Below are positions 11,972 to 25,900 of a DNA stretch of 64,000 nt, piece by piece. The first letter of the stretch is position 1; each line of letters starts with the position of its first letter. A program made the translations under genes and the position numbers. The DNA comes from Squalus acanthias (lineage: Eukaryota): contig CM059432.1 in assembly GCA_030390025.1 (NCBI GenBank), positions 52,020,001 through 52,084,000 on the forward strand. The letters are read 5' to 3'. The notes under the pieces are model-generated. The model worked only from the letters and a program-made list of their open reading frames with translations. It was not told where the DNA came from and did not search any database.

Positions 11972-13199
11972 ATTAAAAAGAGTAAAACTGCCATTATTGT
12001 CTTTTTTAAACATGCTGTGCTTAATGTGCATAAATGATGGTTTGATGGCTTCAAACTTTAATTTCATAACATCAATAAGATAAAGATGGACTTAAAGAAG
12101 ACTGATGGCATACGTTCAATGCTTTCCTAAGACCCAGATTTCCACTTGTTTTACATTGGTTTTTCCATTCAGGCATTTGCTGATGAGATTATCAGGAGAT
12201 TTCAGCATAAATTGCCGTTGGCAAGATCAGCATAGAAATTTCAGTGTAAATCAGATCGAGGAAATTCCAGCCAAATATCTTTATTGACATCATTAGAAAT
12301 AGCATGCCCAGGAAGAGCCCAGTACAGGGGAGGGAGCCAATTAATACTGGTCATTGTTACCCAATTATGGATATTACCATTACTACTGTTTAACTTTCAT
12401 TTAGCCAATTAGTTATGCCTAACACTGACATCCTCAAAGCACTAGAATACATTTGTTAAGCCTTTCACAAACCATGTGGCTCACATAAGAGAGCATTAAA
12501 CAAGAACTGACAGAAACTTCATTCCTCCCACAGACATTCCACTTTATTAAAAGATTCTACCCACATTATTTAACTTTTGGGGAAGGTTTTACCTGACCTG
12601 CAAGGTAAATTAAGCATACCTCTGGAATATCTATCTGACCTTGCATCCCACATTGTAATTTTCCTAGTGCTTTTACTTTTACTGGAAGTCTTTGAATTGT
12701 TGCCTTTATACTAGATTCCACTGTTTTATTCTGCCAGAAATGCCAGACTAGTAAGTCTGTGATCATGCTTCTGATCTTTTCAAAAGACTACAGTGATCTC
12801 GTACCACCGTTGTTCCCCAAGAACCTTGCAAAATTTCCAAAATGGACTCCTTACTTCTATCCCCATTTCTTGAGGCTAATACTTTATGAAAATTCTGGTG
12901 CTCCACTTTGCTAATAATCATAATGACTCACGATCTCCAATGGATCTCTCACCGCTTTATTTAGTTGCTTAGAAACACTATCGACATCATTAGTGAAAAT
13001 TGTTGTGAAAAAAATTATTTTAAAATCTGAAATATGTTTTACCCTTCGCTACCATCTTACTTCTTTCATTCTCCACAAGGTCCATTTGTTCTTTTACACT
13101 TTTCTTCCTATGATGTACCATAACAACTTCACATTGCTGGAAACCATCATTGACTGAACAATAATTACGTCCAAAAGCTTTTCCTTTTCCACTTCACCT

Positions 13200-13720
13200 A
13201 ATTCGTTGTGGCACTTGTCATACTCCAGTAGAGTTGGACTTCGCGCAATCCCAAGATATACCAGCCTATCTAGAAATAGTGTACTTCATTAGCAGTTTCT
13301 TACATTTATCTTACATTTATCTACCTGCCATTTCTAAAACCATCTACTTAATTGGTCTAAATCTCTCTGATTTTGCATGTCTCCTTAATATTTGTGACTT
13401 ACCACATATTTTATCACATCAGCAGATTTTGCAACACTACAAGCAATCTTCCCTAATTAAGTTATGAATAGCATGAACAGCAGGGGATTTACAACTGGGT
13501 GCCTAAAGCAGTGTTCTGCAGTGCTTGACTAGTCACTGCATATAGACAAAGTTTTCTTCCCATTTATCATCACATTCTACTTCCAATTTTCAAACCAACT
13601 CTCAAACCAGCTCGTAATTTCCATTAATTCCATTAACCTTGTTTAAAAGTCTTGTGAAAATTTATTAAATCCCGTTTGAAAATTCAAGTAAATTATATTC
13701 ACTGGATTTCCCTCATTATC
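13200..13720 (-). mobile_element. Highly degraded ancient CR1 RT fragment
   Basis: Eroded reverse-strand match to the gepvd-iyldf-kaf coding region (ttgaaaattcaagtaaattatattcactgg). Confidence 0.4.
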
Positions 13721-13944
13721 AACGAAAAGGTCTAAATAAAAGTCGATTATAACCCATAGCTTAATGACAATGATCTCAAAACGCACAAATGACACATCAG
13801 TACTTTACACAAATAACCTCCACAAGTCAAAATGGACCTCACTCTTTTCATCCTGCAAAAGGTTTGCTTCCCACGCATAATGTCTTCCTTCTTTGGTTCA
13901 AAAGTGAAAATATAAAAAAAACCTAAACATTCAACACCAGCCTA

Positions 13945-14117
13945 AAAAGAAAGACTTTCATGGCCACCAGAAGTCCCAAAGCGTTTTACAGCCAATGAAG
14001 TACTTTTGAAGTGTAGTCACTGTTGTAATGTTGGAAACACGGCAGCCAATTTGCGCACAGCAAGCTCCCACAAACAGCAATGCGATAATGACTAGATAAT
14101 CTGTTTCAGTGCTGTTG
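13945..14117 (-). mobile_element. DeuSINE 3' fragment
   Basis: Reverse complement of the 3' part of 18680-19140. Confidence 0.75.
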
Positions 14118-15631
14118 AAAGCCAACAAAATCCCCTGGACTGATGGTCTATATCCTAGGCTTTGAAAAGTGATGGCTACAGAGATAGTGGTGCATTAGTT
14201 TTGATCTTCCAGAATTCCCTAGATTCTAGAACAGTCCCCGTGGATTGGAAGGTAGCAAATATAACCCTGCTATTAAAAAAGGGAGGGAGAAAACAGTGAA
14301 CTATAGACCAGTTAGCCTGACATCAGGGCACTTAGAAAATCATAATATAATTGGCCAGAGTCAACACTGATTTATGTCAGGGAAATCATGTTTTTTGAGG
14401 TTGTAACTAGCAGGGTAGATAAGGGGGAACCAGTGGATGTAGTGCATTTGGATTTTCATAAAGCATTCAATAAGGTGCCATACAAGAGGTTATTACACAA
14501 AATTAGGGCTCATGGGATTGGGGGTAATATATTAGCATGAATTGAGGATTGGTTTATGGACAGAAAACAGAGAGTAGGAATAAACGGGTCATTTTCGGGT
14601 TTGCAGGCTGTAACTAGTGGTGTACCACAAGGATCAGTGCTTGGGCTTCAGCTATTCACAATCTACATCAATGACTGAGATGAGGGGACCGAGTGCAATG
14701 TATCCAAGTTTGCTGATGATACAAAGTCAGGTGGGAAAGTTATGAGGAGGATGAAAAGAGGTTGTAAAGGAATATAGACCAGGTTAAGTGAGTGGGCAAG
14801 AACATGGCAGATTAAATATAATGTGGAGAAATGTGAAGTTATGCACTTTGGTAGGAAAAATAGAAAAGCAGAATTTTTTTTAAATGGTGAGAGATTGGAA
14901 AATGTTGGTGTTCAGAGGAACTTGGGTGTACTTGTAAATGAATCACTGAAAGTTAACATGCAGGTACAGCAAGCAATTAGGAAAGCAAATGGTATGTTAG
15001 CCTTTATTACAAAAGGATGGGGTATAAGAGTAAAGAAGTCTTACTGCAATTATATAGGGCCTTGTGAGACTACACCTGGAGTATTGTGTACAGTTTTGGT
15101 CTCCTTACCTAAGGAAGGATATACTTGCCTGAGAGGGAGTGCAACAATGGTTCATCAGACATATTCCTGGGACAGAGGGATTGTCCAACGAGGAGAAATT
15201 GAGGAGACTAGACCTATATTCCCTAGAATTTAGAAGAATGAGAGGTAGTCTTATTGAAACATATAAAATGCTTACAGGGCTTCACAGGTTAGATGCTGGG
15301 AGGATGTTTCCCCTGGCTGGGGAGTCTAGAACTGGGGATCACAGTCTCCGAATAAGGGCTCGCCCATTTAGGACTGAGATGAGGAAAGATTTCTTCACTT
15401 AGAGGGTGGTGAATCTTTGGTATTCTCTACCCCAGAGGGCTGTGGAGGCTCAGTCGTTGAGTATACTCAAGACAGAGATCGATAGATTTTTGGATATTAA
15501 GGGAGTCAAGGGATATGGGGATAGTGCAGGAAAGTGGAGTTGAGGTAGAAGATCAGCCATGATCTTATTGAATGATGGAGCGGGCTCGAAGGGCCGAATG
15601 GCCTACTCCTGCTCCTATTTCTTATGTTCTT
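14118..15631 (+). mobile_element. CR1 LINE, 5'-truncated, degenerate
   Basis: RT motifs in broken frames (ORFs 14823 and 15139); tail cctatttcttatgttctt. Confidence 0.9.
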
Positions 15632-16847
15632 AAGGAAACTTGTCAAGCTATTCACACAAAAAAAATTGGGAGAAAGTTTAAACTGTAACACAGAACAAGC
15701 TGAATGTTTAAACTTCAACAGCTATTTTGCTTTCATCCACAAACTATAAAAAATCCTGATCAAACATTCCCTAAGCAACCACAAGCCAATGAATAAAACA
15801 GTCACTGAAGTCAAAGACATGAGAACAGAATCAATGGGGATCATTTTAACCACAGAAAACGGGGGGGATGTTCACATTTTTAAAATCTCAAACCCAACCA
15901 CTTCTGGTTTTTACGGAGGTAGGACAGGCAACCAATCCACTCCCAGGAGCTGGGTTGGCCATTTAGCCTAGAATATAAATTAAACAAGTATCTTAGCTGG
16001 TGCAACTCCCTCATTCAATAAATAGAGCATTGCAAAGTAGAAGCTCCAACAAATTAACCTCTGCAGTGGGAAGCTCTGATTCATTTTCCAACTAAATATC
16101 TCAACTCATTTCCACATGAAAAAAATATAAAGCAGGTAAGTGACTGAGGCTCGGTGGATTACTAGAAAATAGACCCCTTGCGAATCAGATCTCATATTCA
16201 GTTTGGTTGTGTATAGAAGGAAAAATAAATGCAAGCAGAGCCACAGGAAGTAATAAAACCAGCCTTTGTGGCTTTTCATGGAAGAATGAGGTTCCTAATA
16301 GGATTGTTATACTCGTGATTTCTCTTTAATGCTGGTGTTCAGGAGTTTTGTGTTGTGATATCTCTTGGTGTATTTTTCAGTGGCCCACTGAGTCCTATGA
16401 TGATTTCCTTTTGTATTTTTCAATCCTGATTGCATACTTGAGTTCCAGACACAATTTCACACACTTTGCATGATGCCTCTGCTTGCGTAGCAGTGAATGC
16501 ATCAATGGCATCCCACTCAACATCTTTAAATTATGTATGTAATACAATTTATGTTCCACCAATAAATAGCGTACACTTATGCTGAAAATAACAGCGTGTG
16601 CGTAAAACTAACTGTATTAGTGCTGGAGTTTAAAAAAACAATCATTCCCTTGGTTTACTTGTCGAAAATGATGTCACTTATATGTACGTGGTAGATGGCA
16701 ACACAACAACTCCACAATGACAAATAGTTTTGGCCCACGGAAATTTCTCCTTGAGTATACAAATGATTTGGCTAGAAGTAGCCAGTGGGTTTATTCAATT
16801 TAGAAAACACAAATTCGAAGATAGCCTCAATTTCAAATTAAGAATGT

Positions 16848-17010
16848 TACATAGATTTACATAGAATATAAGGTACAGAAACAGGCCATTCAGCCCAACC
16901 AGTCCATGCAGGCGGTTATGCTCCCGTCCTTCCTCATCTAACTCTATCAGCATAACTCTCTATTCCATTCTCCCTCATATGCTTATTGAGCTTCCCCTTA
17001 AATGCATCAA
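16848..17010 (-). mobile_element. CR1 3' UTR fragment
   Basis: acatagaat...cagaaacaggccattcagcccaac; same family as 988-1406. Confidence 0.7.
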
Positions 17011-18679
17011 AACACGACAAAGAATGTTGCTTTTCTTTGAGAATAAATTAAACTATAGGTTGTCAGACATGCTTGACCCACAGGTGTGAAAGATGAGAGC
17101 GGAACTTACCATCACAAAACTAAAGCACTGCTTTGAAGTCTAAACTCAAAAATTGATCCATTTAAGAATGTAAATTGCATATTTATTTCACAAAAAAAGT
17201 TGCTCACTATAGCGTTCATATTTTCTCTACATGCCAATGTCAAAGAGATGTAATCTTTCCAAGAATATCACACTTCCAGAAAAACCACAAAGGTTGGTTT
17301 ATTATTGCATTTACATTTCCTTACTGTACCCAACCAGCCAAAAATAAATTGAAATACCACAGAATTCTTACATGAGCTTTTGAAGAAAAGAGGCATTTTG
17401 TGAAACTGATTTACACTGTGTGAAAATTTCCAGGTATGAAAAATGAGCTGGAAGTTATTGACCTGGAATAAGCAGCTGGTCTCTGAAATTGCTTCTGTGA
17501 TGTGAAGCCCAAGATTAGGTTCTCTTGTTTTGTTTTATTTCAATTGTCTCCCCTCTTCCTGGTCTCGGTGGCACAGACCCGTGCATTAACCATTAAACCG
17601 CCGGGCAAGCTCAAGCTAAGAAACCATGGTTATCTTGTCCGTTCACACCATTACTGAATGGAGGAAAGGCATCTGCATATGTACTGAGACACAAAGACAG
17701 GGCTTTGCTCTGCGGCGCCTGACTGCAGATGGAATTTTCAATAACTAATAATGAGTTCTTTACAGTCACTGGGAATGAAAAGAACAGTGCTGTATCTAAC
17801 CTGCAGGAATTTTTATAAATGTTAAAATTTAACATTTAAGAACCCTGCTGTATACTGACTACGATTACAGCTATTACCTGGGAATACACCTGCCAAGTAG
17901 AGTTATTGCCCGAATGGAGTCGTACTGTACTCCAGCTCTTGTATTCGAACACTGACAAAAACTGCTCCACTCCAACACAAGGGGTGGGATTTTCTGCTCC
18001 AGTGCTCCAATCACTCCCCTCCCTCCCATTCGTCAGCCCGCTCCAGGACCTACCTGAGGGCCACTGCCAGAAACTCAGCGGCACAAAATCCCATTCCAAT
18101 TCGCCAGCGGACTGCCTGGGGACACCAGCTGGCGTCCACAGCTTGCTGGTCTCATTTAAATGAGGCCAAAGGTCCAATATCGAGTGTGGCTCGGGTCTAC
18201 CCGTTTTGGCACAGGGATCGTTCCCTGCACCCAGTTCACACCAGCTGTCGCCTCTGGTACCCTAAATAACTGGCAAGCTGTTGTAAAAGTACAATGTAGA
18301 TTTTTAAAGTCTGCTCTCCAAATTAATCTATTTTATCTTCTCTGATGTGCACAGTTGGTAGCTGCCACGCTTTTGACAGTGTGATAGATCACATCCAATA
18401 ATGAGAGCAGCACAAAACAAAGCCGGTGTTGCAGGAGGTTGTTTTATAAGTTTAATTTCACAGGCTAAAACTAGAACACCAAGCACTTAGCTATCAGTAA
18501 ACAAAGATATATTTCCTCGGGCACACAGACTCTTGCATCAGTGTTTGAATTTTATCTACCTCAGAACACACTGACTCTTTAAATATTGTTTAAATAATTG
18601 TTTGTTGCAGAAAATACATTTAAATCTAATTAAGAACCTGATGTATTGATTTCAGTTCATTTTGCAGCTCAAGCCAGGT

Positions 18680-19140
18680 GTCAGCCTTGGCTCAGTGGTA
18701 ACACTTTCACTTCTGAGTCAGAAGGTTGTGGGTTCTAGCCCCACTCCAGAGACTTGAATGCATAATGTAAGCTGACGCTTCAATGCAGGACTGAGGGAGT
18801 GCTGCGCTGTTAGCGGTGCCGTCATTCGGATGAGATGGTAAAATGTCTGCCCTCTCAGTTGGATGTAAACGATCCCATAATACTATTCAAAGAAGACCAG
18901 GGGAGTTCTCCTGGTGACCTGGCTAGTAGTTATCCTTCAAATAGCAAAACTGAAAAAAAAACCGGATTATCTGGTCATTATTTCATTGCTGTTTGTGGGG
19001 CCTTGCTGTATGCAAATTGGCTGCTGTGTTTCCCTACACTATAACAGTGACTACACTTCAAAAGTATTTCATTGGCTGCAAAGTGCTTTGGGATGTCCTA
19101 AAATTGTGAAAGGTGGTACAGAAATGCAAGTTCTTTCTTT
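18680..19140 (+). mobile_element. Full-length tRNA-derived DeuSINE (SacSINE1-like)
   Basis: tRNA head with A box (tggctcagtgg) and B box (ggttctagcc); Deu core ggatgaga...gatccca...gaaga..agggg..tc...ggtg.cctggc; L2-type tail. Confidence 0.8.
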
Positions 19141-19941
19141 GAGTGAAGTTGACATAACCTTCTTGGTTTGAAAAAAGGAAATATTACAGACCCAACTGCA
19201 ACATTGAAATATGTAGCATAGTACAACTTGCAGATTGGATGGTACAGTAGGTAGGCACACTTTGTGGACTTGGGATTGAATCCAGCCCAGACAAATGGGA
19301 TGTGAACACCCTTTCAGTTTTAAGTGTGCTGAATGAAATTAGTTTGTTCAGTGTCAATCCAGTTCCCCATGGGTATGGGCCAACAGCTGAAACATGCCCA
19401 TAGTTTAGCACGAATTATGGGTTTCCTGTGCAAGTGCCATGTTTCAGAGTAGTTAGATTTAGGGCCCATAATTTCCTTTGGTTTTCTGGCACTATGCCGA
19501 CGTAACTTTGTAAATAGGGTTTCCGCCACACTTCCAACAAAGTTACAGTGATACAGCAACAGAAAGCCTGAGGAAGCCTGCACTCGCTCCAGATATTTAG
19601 ATGAGCCAGATCATGGTGTCAATCGGCGTACAACGCTGATTTGACGAATGACCTGCCATTTTGGACGTCACCACTCCTTTTACTGCCCTCTCCAAATCAT
19701 GACCAGCTGAGCATGTGTTCAGCAGCAGGAAGGACCCCCAACCAATGCTATTTAAAGGGATCATTAACAACTTGCAGCTGACTTGCTTTTTCATTTCTAC
19801 TGGCTCTGTGTAAGTTTGTGCAACTGTTTGGAGCTTTCTAGAGTTATTTGAAGTTGCTGAGGTGACAGTGAGTGGTGCTGCAAGTTGAGAACGCCTTGCT
19901 TCTCATTTAAAGGGTTCTGCTCAGACCACTTGCTCCCAATC

Positions 19942-21032
19942 ATGGGGGTTCTACTTGCAGTCCCCCTCGCACTGGAAGCAGCGAAGAAGAGGAGAAGATG
20001 CTTGCAGAGGGAGGAGGAGGAGGGACAGGAGGGCTCTCAGCAGGAGACCTTACCCACCTAGGGTCTGCCGAGAGCACTTCTCCTACCTGCACTTAAGCCA
20101 GGAGTGGTGTATTAGGAGGCTCCACTTTACCAAGGAGGTGGTCACAGAACTCTGCCACATCCTGCAACCAGACTTGCAGCCTCAGAACAGGGCGACCACG
20201 ACGCTGCCAGTGGCCCTCAAGGTCACAGTGGCCCTCAATTTCTTCACCACCGGATCCTTCCAGTCTGGAGCTGGGGACATAGCTAACATCTTCCAGTTCG
20301 CCATCCATCGCTGCATCTGGGAAGTCACAGAGGCTCTCTACTGCAGGAGAAGGAATTTCATTGTCTTCTCTCTGAGCAGAGAGAAGCAGGAGGAGCACGC
20401 ATGTGGCTTTGCCAGGATATCGGGCTTCCCCATGGTGCAGGGCACTATCGACTGTACACACGTGGCTCTGCGGGCACCATATACCAATCCTGAGATGTTC
20501 CATAACTGCAAAGACTACCACTCACTTAATGTGCAGTTGGTGTGTGACCACGCCAAGATGGTGAATGCCCGGTATCCTGATAGCAGTCATGATGCCTACA
20601 TTCTGCATCAGTCTGGTGTGCCTGCAATCTTCCAGCCGCCACATCAAACCCGAGGGTGGCTGCTCGGAGACAAGGACTATCCGCTCTGCACCTGGCTGAT
20701 GACTCCCCTCCGCAACCCCACCACTCGTGGCCAGCACTCATGTAATGAGAGCCATGCTTCCACCAGGAACCTCATCGAGCAGACCATTGGGGTGCTCAAG
20801 CAATGGTTCCGCTGCCTTGACCACTCGGGAGGTGCCCTCCAGTATACACCGGAGCAGGAGTCCCATTTCGTGGTGGTCTGCTGCATCCTCCACAACTTGG
20901 TCATCATGAGGGCACAGCCTTTGCCACCACGGGTTCCGGGAGGAGGAGAAGGAGGAAGGGAGGAGGCAGGCAGCAAATCCCTGTTCTGGACGGGCTGTCC
21001 GTGAGCGCCTCATCAGACTCCGGTTTCAATGA
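19942..21032 (+). pseudogene. HARBI1-like DDE transposase (core ORF 19955..21004 open; frameshifts near both ends)
   Basis: QGTIDCTHV, SLNVQLVCD, SSHDAYIL, LLGDKDYP, RNLIEQTIGVLKQWF, CCILHN. ATG 19942 (MGVLLAVPLALE) is conserved in copy 2; C-terminus RERLIRLRFQ*. Confidence 0.9.
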
Positions 21033-21196
21033 ATGAAACCCCAGATCCCCGTTGCTCACGACTTCCCCGCCTTACCATCCCTCTGTCACGGAACATCACA
21101 GCGTCCTCTTGGGCACAAAGCGGAAATGAGAGCCACCACAAAACAAACATTCCAAACATAATTTATAAATTTATCAAATCAAAACAACAACGTCAA

Positions 21197-23040
21197 CTAA
21201 TCATCCTTCTGCATTCCCTTAGTGTCTGTCTTTCGTGTTCCTTTTCCTACTCAAGTGCTCCTACGTATTGCTACCCCAGTGCTGCAGCATGGCTGGTGGA
21301 AGGCTGCTGACTTTCAGTGGGGGAGACTGCAGATGGCCTTACAGGACAACCTCGAGCAGCTCCGGACCTAGAAGGCCCGGCTGTAGACTGCACCACCTCG
21401 GCATGGGCGGCAGCAGTCTGGGCTGGCTGGATGACAGACAGCAGTAAAGCCACTGGCGGAGTGGCAGTGGTGGGAGTAGGAATGCTGTCATCCTGAGAGA
21501 GGACAGCAAGTTCTTGCTCCACGGAGCCAATGCCACTCCCCCGGAGCGGTGCCTCAGCATTCCTAGCCATCTGTTGGAGACCCTGCAAGCCCCTTTCCAC
21601 ACTCGTAAGCCCGGCCATGATGGCAGCAGTCTGAGCTTCGACTACAGCACTAAGATGTTGAGTCGCTTATGTCTGTGCTGCAATGGAAGCTGCAACATCA
21701 CCCATCACACCCAACATCATGGTTGGGTCCACAAGGTCTCTCACAGAGTTGCCCATCATCTCCATCCTGGAAATCCTGGGCTCCAAGCTCCGTGCAAAGC
21801 CTGTGCAATGTTGGACCCAGACTCCCCCATGCTCCTTAACTCTGACAAGAGGCTCTCTGGCAGGCTTGCTATTGCAACTAGCATTTCCATGTGCATGCCC
21901 ATCACCCTTCTTCTGAAAGCCACCCCATCAAGGTTCATCATCTGAGTCCTGTGCAGCAGAACTCGTGCATGAACTCGCCCTCCAGGGAGGTGGCTCCAGA
22001 GCTAGCCTTTCCCTCTGGCCTGGCTGCAACCCACTCGTGCCCGGTGAATCACCACGTGCAGATCACGCCTCCATACTACCCTCTGAGCCATTTTCTGAGC
22101 TGGTGCCTGGGTTTGTCAGATGCAGTGACGTTGCCTCTTCTTGTCCTTCACTCTCCCCCTCCATGACTTTGGGGACTGGCTGTGCTGGTGGGATGTCTTG
22201 GGTATCTGAAAGGAGAAAGGCACAAGGGTTGGGTTGTGGTGAGGGGAGTGGGGGAAAGCAAGATATCCATGCATACACCATCAGCAGCTTGTAAGTGAGA
22301 AGAGATTGTGGGATGAGGGGGAAGTGAAATGTGAGAAGAAGGATTAGGTATGAGCATACCGTCATCAGCAGCAATGATTTCAACTTTGCCGCTCGCCACG
22401 AACTCAGTGACGGCCCCTCCAATGATCTCCAACACTGCTTCCTCCAGCTCTGTGAGGTTGGGGCTTCCCCTCCACCCATCTGCTGCTGCTCTCAGTGGTT
22501 ATGAGCCACCCTTGCCTGCAAGAGAAAGGGAAGCATGTCAGTGAGTGTGGTGCAATGTGTTTGGGTGATGTGCCATGGTTCAATAGCTGGCAGTGTGTGC
22601 AAGGTGTGAGATGTGGGTGTGAGTCTTGCAGCAGTGGAAAGTGTGTGAGGGTGAGGTGAAGCTATGATTGTGAGGTATGAGTGGTGATTGCTAGAGATTG
22701 TTGGTAGGTGAGCGATGGATGTGGTGCATTGAGCAGTGTGTGAGGCTAGTTGTGCAGATGGTGGGATGTGGCATTTGAGGATGCATTCACTCACCTTGAC
22801 CACTCGAGTGAGGTCATGAAACTTCTTGCGGCACTGGCTCCAGGTCCTGAGGACAACAGTCGTCGCACTGACGGCTTGAGCTATCTCCTCCCACATCCTT
22901 CTGCTGTTCTGCCTTGTAGGCCTCCTGCCCTCCTGCGGGTAGAGGACCAGACGGCATCTTTGAATCCTCAGGACCAAGGCATCCAATGCCGCATCAGAAA
23001 ACCTCCTCGCCCTCTCTCTTGGCTGTTGGGCCACAGCTTT
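21197..23040 (-). pseudogene. Harbinger Myb/SANT (trihelix, MYPOP/NAIF1-like) gene; 3 exons ~23040-22795, 22515-22360, 22205-21197
   Basis: RFSDAALDALV...WEEIAQAVS...RTWSQCRKKFHDL. GT-AG introns at the same positions as in copy 2; stop after KGMQKDD. Confidence 0.85.
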
Positions 23041-23314
23041 CTCCACAATGACAATGAGGTGCTTCTGCAACAAAGTGCCTCCCCTTTAAATAGTGCAGAG
23101 AGCCTAGGCCAAACTTCATTGACCAGTAGACTGGCCCCCCTGTTCAGCGCTAAGCCAATCAGTAGCGTGTTTCGTGCTGAGATCAGTGCTATAATCATTA
23201 TAATCATGAATTTTGCGTGCTGCCAGCACCACTTTGAACTGTCGGGGGCATATCGCGCTTCATGGACCTTATCCAATTTCTAGGCCAACATGTTAAATAG
23301 TGATGCGTTGCTTC

Positions 23315-25900
23315 CACAAAAGCAAAATACTGCGGATGCTGGAAATCTGAAATAAAAACAGAAAATGCTGGAAATACTCAGCAGTTCCCCCAGACCATGA
23401 CCCCACTACAGAATATCAAGCCATCATTTCCAAGACTGTCACTGACCTCATCTCCTCTGGAGATCTTCCCTCCACGACTGCCAACCTCATAGTCCCCCAA
23501 CCCTGAACAGCCTGCTTCTACCTCCTTCCCAAGATCCACAAACAGGACTGCCCTGGTAGACCCATTGTTTCTGCTCTTGTCCCACGGAACTGATTTCTTC
23601 CTATCTCGACTCTATTTTTTCTTCCCTTGTCCAGTCTCTTCTCACCTACATCCGCGACTCTTCCAATGCCCTCCGCCACTTTAACAGTTTCCAGTCTCCT
23701 GGCCCCAAGCATCTCCTTTTCACCATGGACGTTTACTCCCTCTACACCTCCATTCCCCACCAGGATGGCCTGAGGGCGCGCCACTTCTTCCTAGAACAGA
23801 GGCCCAACCAGTCCCCATTCACCCCCCACCCTTCTCCACCTGGCTGAACTTGTTCTTACATTGAACAACTTCTCCTTTGACTCCACTCACTTCCTCCAAA
23901 TAAAATGTGTTGCTACGGGAACCCACATGGGTCCTAGCTATGCCTGCCTTTTCGTGGGAAATGTGGAACATTCTTTGTTCCAGTCCTACCCAGGTCCCCT
24001 CCCTCACCTCTTTTTCCGGTACGTTGATGACTGTATCGGTGCCGTTTCCTGCTCTCGCCCTGAACTGGAAAATGTCATTAATTTTGCTTCCAATTTCCAC
24101 CCTTCCCTCACCTTCACATGGCCCATCTCCAACTCTTCCCTTCACTTCCTCAACTTCTCTGTCTCTATTTGTGAAGTTATCCACTTTGGTAGAAAATCGA
24201 AAAAGCAGAATATTTTTTGAATGGTGAGAGACTGGGAAATGTTTGCATTCAGAGGGACTTGGATGTCCTTGTACATGAATCACAGAAAGTTAACATGCAG
24301 GTACAGCAAGCAATTAGGAAAGCAAATGGTATGTTATCTTTTGTTACAAAGGGATTCGAGTATAAAAGTAAAGAAGTCTTACTACAATTATACAGGGCAT
24401 TGGTGAGGCCACACCTGGAGTACTCTGTACAGTTCTGGTCTCCTTACCTAAGGAAAGACATACTTGCCTCAGAGGGAGTGCAACAAAAGTTCACTAGACT
24501 GGTTCATGGGAGGTAATCTAATTGAAACATATAAAATTCTTAAGGGGCTTGACAGGGTTAATGCTGAGAAAATGTTTCCTCTAGCTGGGGAATCTAGAAC
24601 ACAGGGTCACAGTCTCAGAATAAGGGGTCGGCCATTTAGGACTGAGATGAGGAGAAATTTCTTCACTCAAAGGGTTGTGAATCTTTGGAATTCTCTACCC
24701 CAGAAAGCTGTGGATGCTCAGTCTGAGTATATTCAAGACAGAGGTCGATACATTTTTGGGAACTAAGGGAATTAAGGGATATGGGGATAGTGCGGAAAGG
24801 TGAAGTTGAGGTAGAAGATCAGCCATGATCTTATTGAATGTCGGAGCAGGCTTGAAGGGCCAAATGGCCTACTCCTGCTCCTATTTCTTATGTTCTTATT
24901 TCTGGGGATAGGCTATCGACCAATATCACCATAAGCCCACTGACTCCCACAGCTACCTTGAATACACTTCCTCCCACCCCGCTTCCTGTAAGGACTCTTT
25001 TCCATTCTCCCAATTTCTCCGTCTCCAGCCGCATCTGTTCTGACGATGCCACCTTCCATACTAATGCTTCCAATATGTCGTCCTTTTTCCTCAGCCAAGG
25101 ATTCCCCTCTACCGTGGTTGGCAGGGCCCTCGACCGTGTCTATTCCATTTCCTGCACTTCTGCTCTCACTCCTTCCCCTCCCTCCCAGAACCACAATAGG
25201 ATTCCCCTTGTCCTCACCTTTCACCCCACCAGCCTCCACATTCAAGAGATCATCCTCTGCCATTTCTGCCACCTCCAGCGTGATCCCACCACCAAACACA
25301 TCTTCTCCTCCCCTCCACTTTCAGCATTCCAAAGAGACCATTCCCTCCGCAGCACCCTGGTTCACTCCTCAATCACCCCCAACACCCCCTCCCCTTCCCA
25401 CGGCAACTTCCCGTACAAGTGCAGGAGATGCAACACCTGTTCTTTTACCTCCTCCCTTTCCACCATCCAGGGCCCCAAACACTCCTTCCAGGTGAAACAA
25501 CGATTTACTTGTACTTCTTGCAGTTTAGTATACTGTATTCACGCAGATTGTGTGACCGCTTTGTGGAATACCTCTGTTCAGTCCGCAAACGTGACCCCGA
25601 GCTTCCGGTCACCTGTCACTTTAATTCTTCGCTCCATATCATCAACATCGAGTTCAACTTCAGACCATAACCTCTGCCCTCATTTTATCAAATGGCAGCT
25701 GTTGATGATTCTGCCATTCCCATTTACACCTCTTCTAGACCCATCCTTTGTTTCTTTACTTGTCCTATTATCTTCTCCTTTTGCTTTGTACAATCATACC
25801 TTTTGTCATTTAATCTCTCCTGCTTTCCACCTTATCACAGACCTTCCCTTTTATTCTTTCCTCCCCTCCCCACATTTTCTGCCTCTGCACTTGCTCAAAA
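23315..25900 (+). mobile_element. Penelope-like retroelement (RT plus GIY-YIG remnant) with inverted 5' pLTR piece
   Basis: FYLLPKIHK..PGRPIVS, FTMDV.SLYTSIP, MGPSYACLF, FRYVDD, CRRCNTC, FTCTS.SLVYCI. The pLTR sequence at 25830-25900 matches 26657-26730. Confidence 0.9.
24171..24896 (+). mobile_element. CR1 3' fragment inserted in the Penelope RT
   Basis: ORFs 24217 and 24464; TATTT duplicated at 24166-24170 and 24897-24901. Confidence 0.9.

Larger units (their letters stand above)
19580..23286. mobile_element. PIF/Harbinger DNA transposon copy 1 (near complete; left TIR unresolved)
   Basis: Convergent transposase and Myb genes. Right TIR atccaatttctaggcc is the reverse complement of 38761 GGCCTAGAAATTGGAT. 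Confidence 0.9.

Noticed and set aside
18680..18750. tRNA genes (also 36345-36419 and 56164-56235)
   Set aside because: These are tRNA-derived SINE heads continuous with SINE bodies.
19955..21004. Domesticated host HARBI1 gene
   Set aside because: Multi-copy within the window, frameshifted, paired with a Myb gene and a TIR, so it is a transposon copy.
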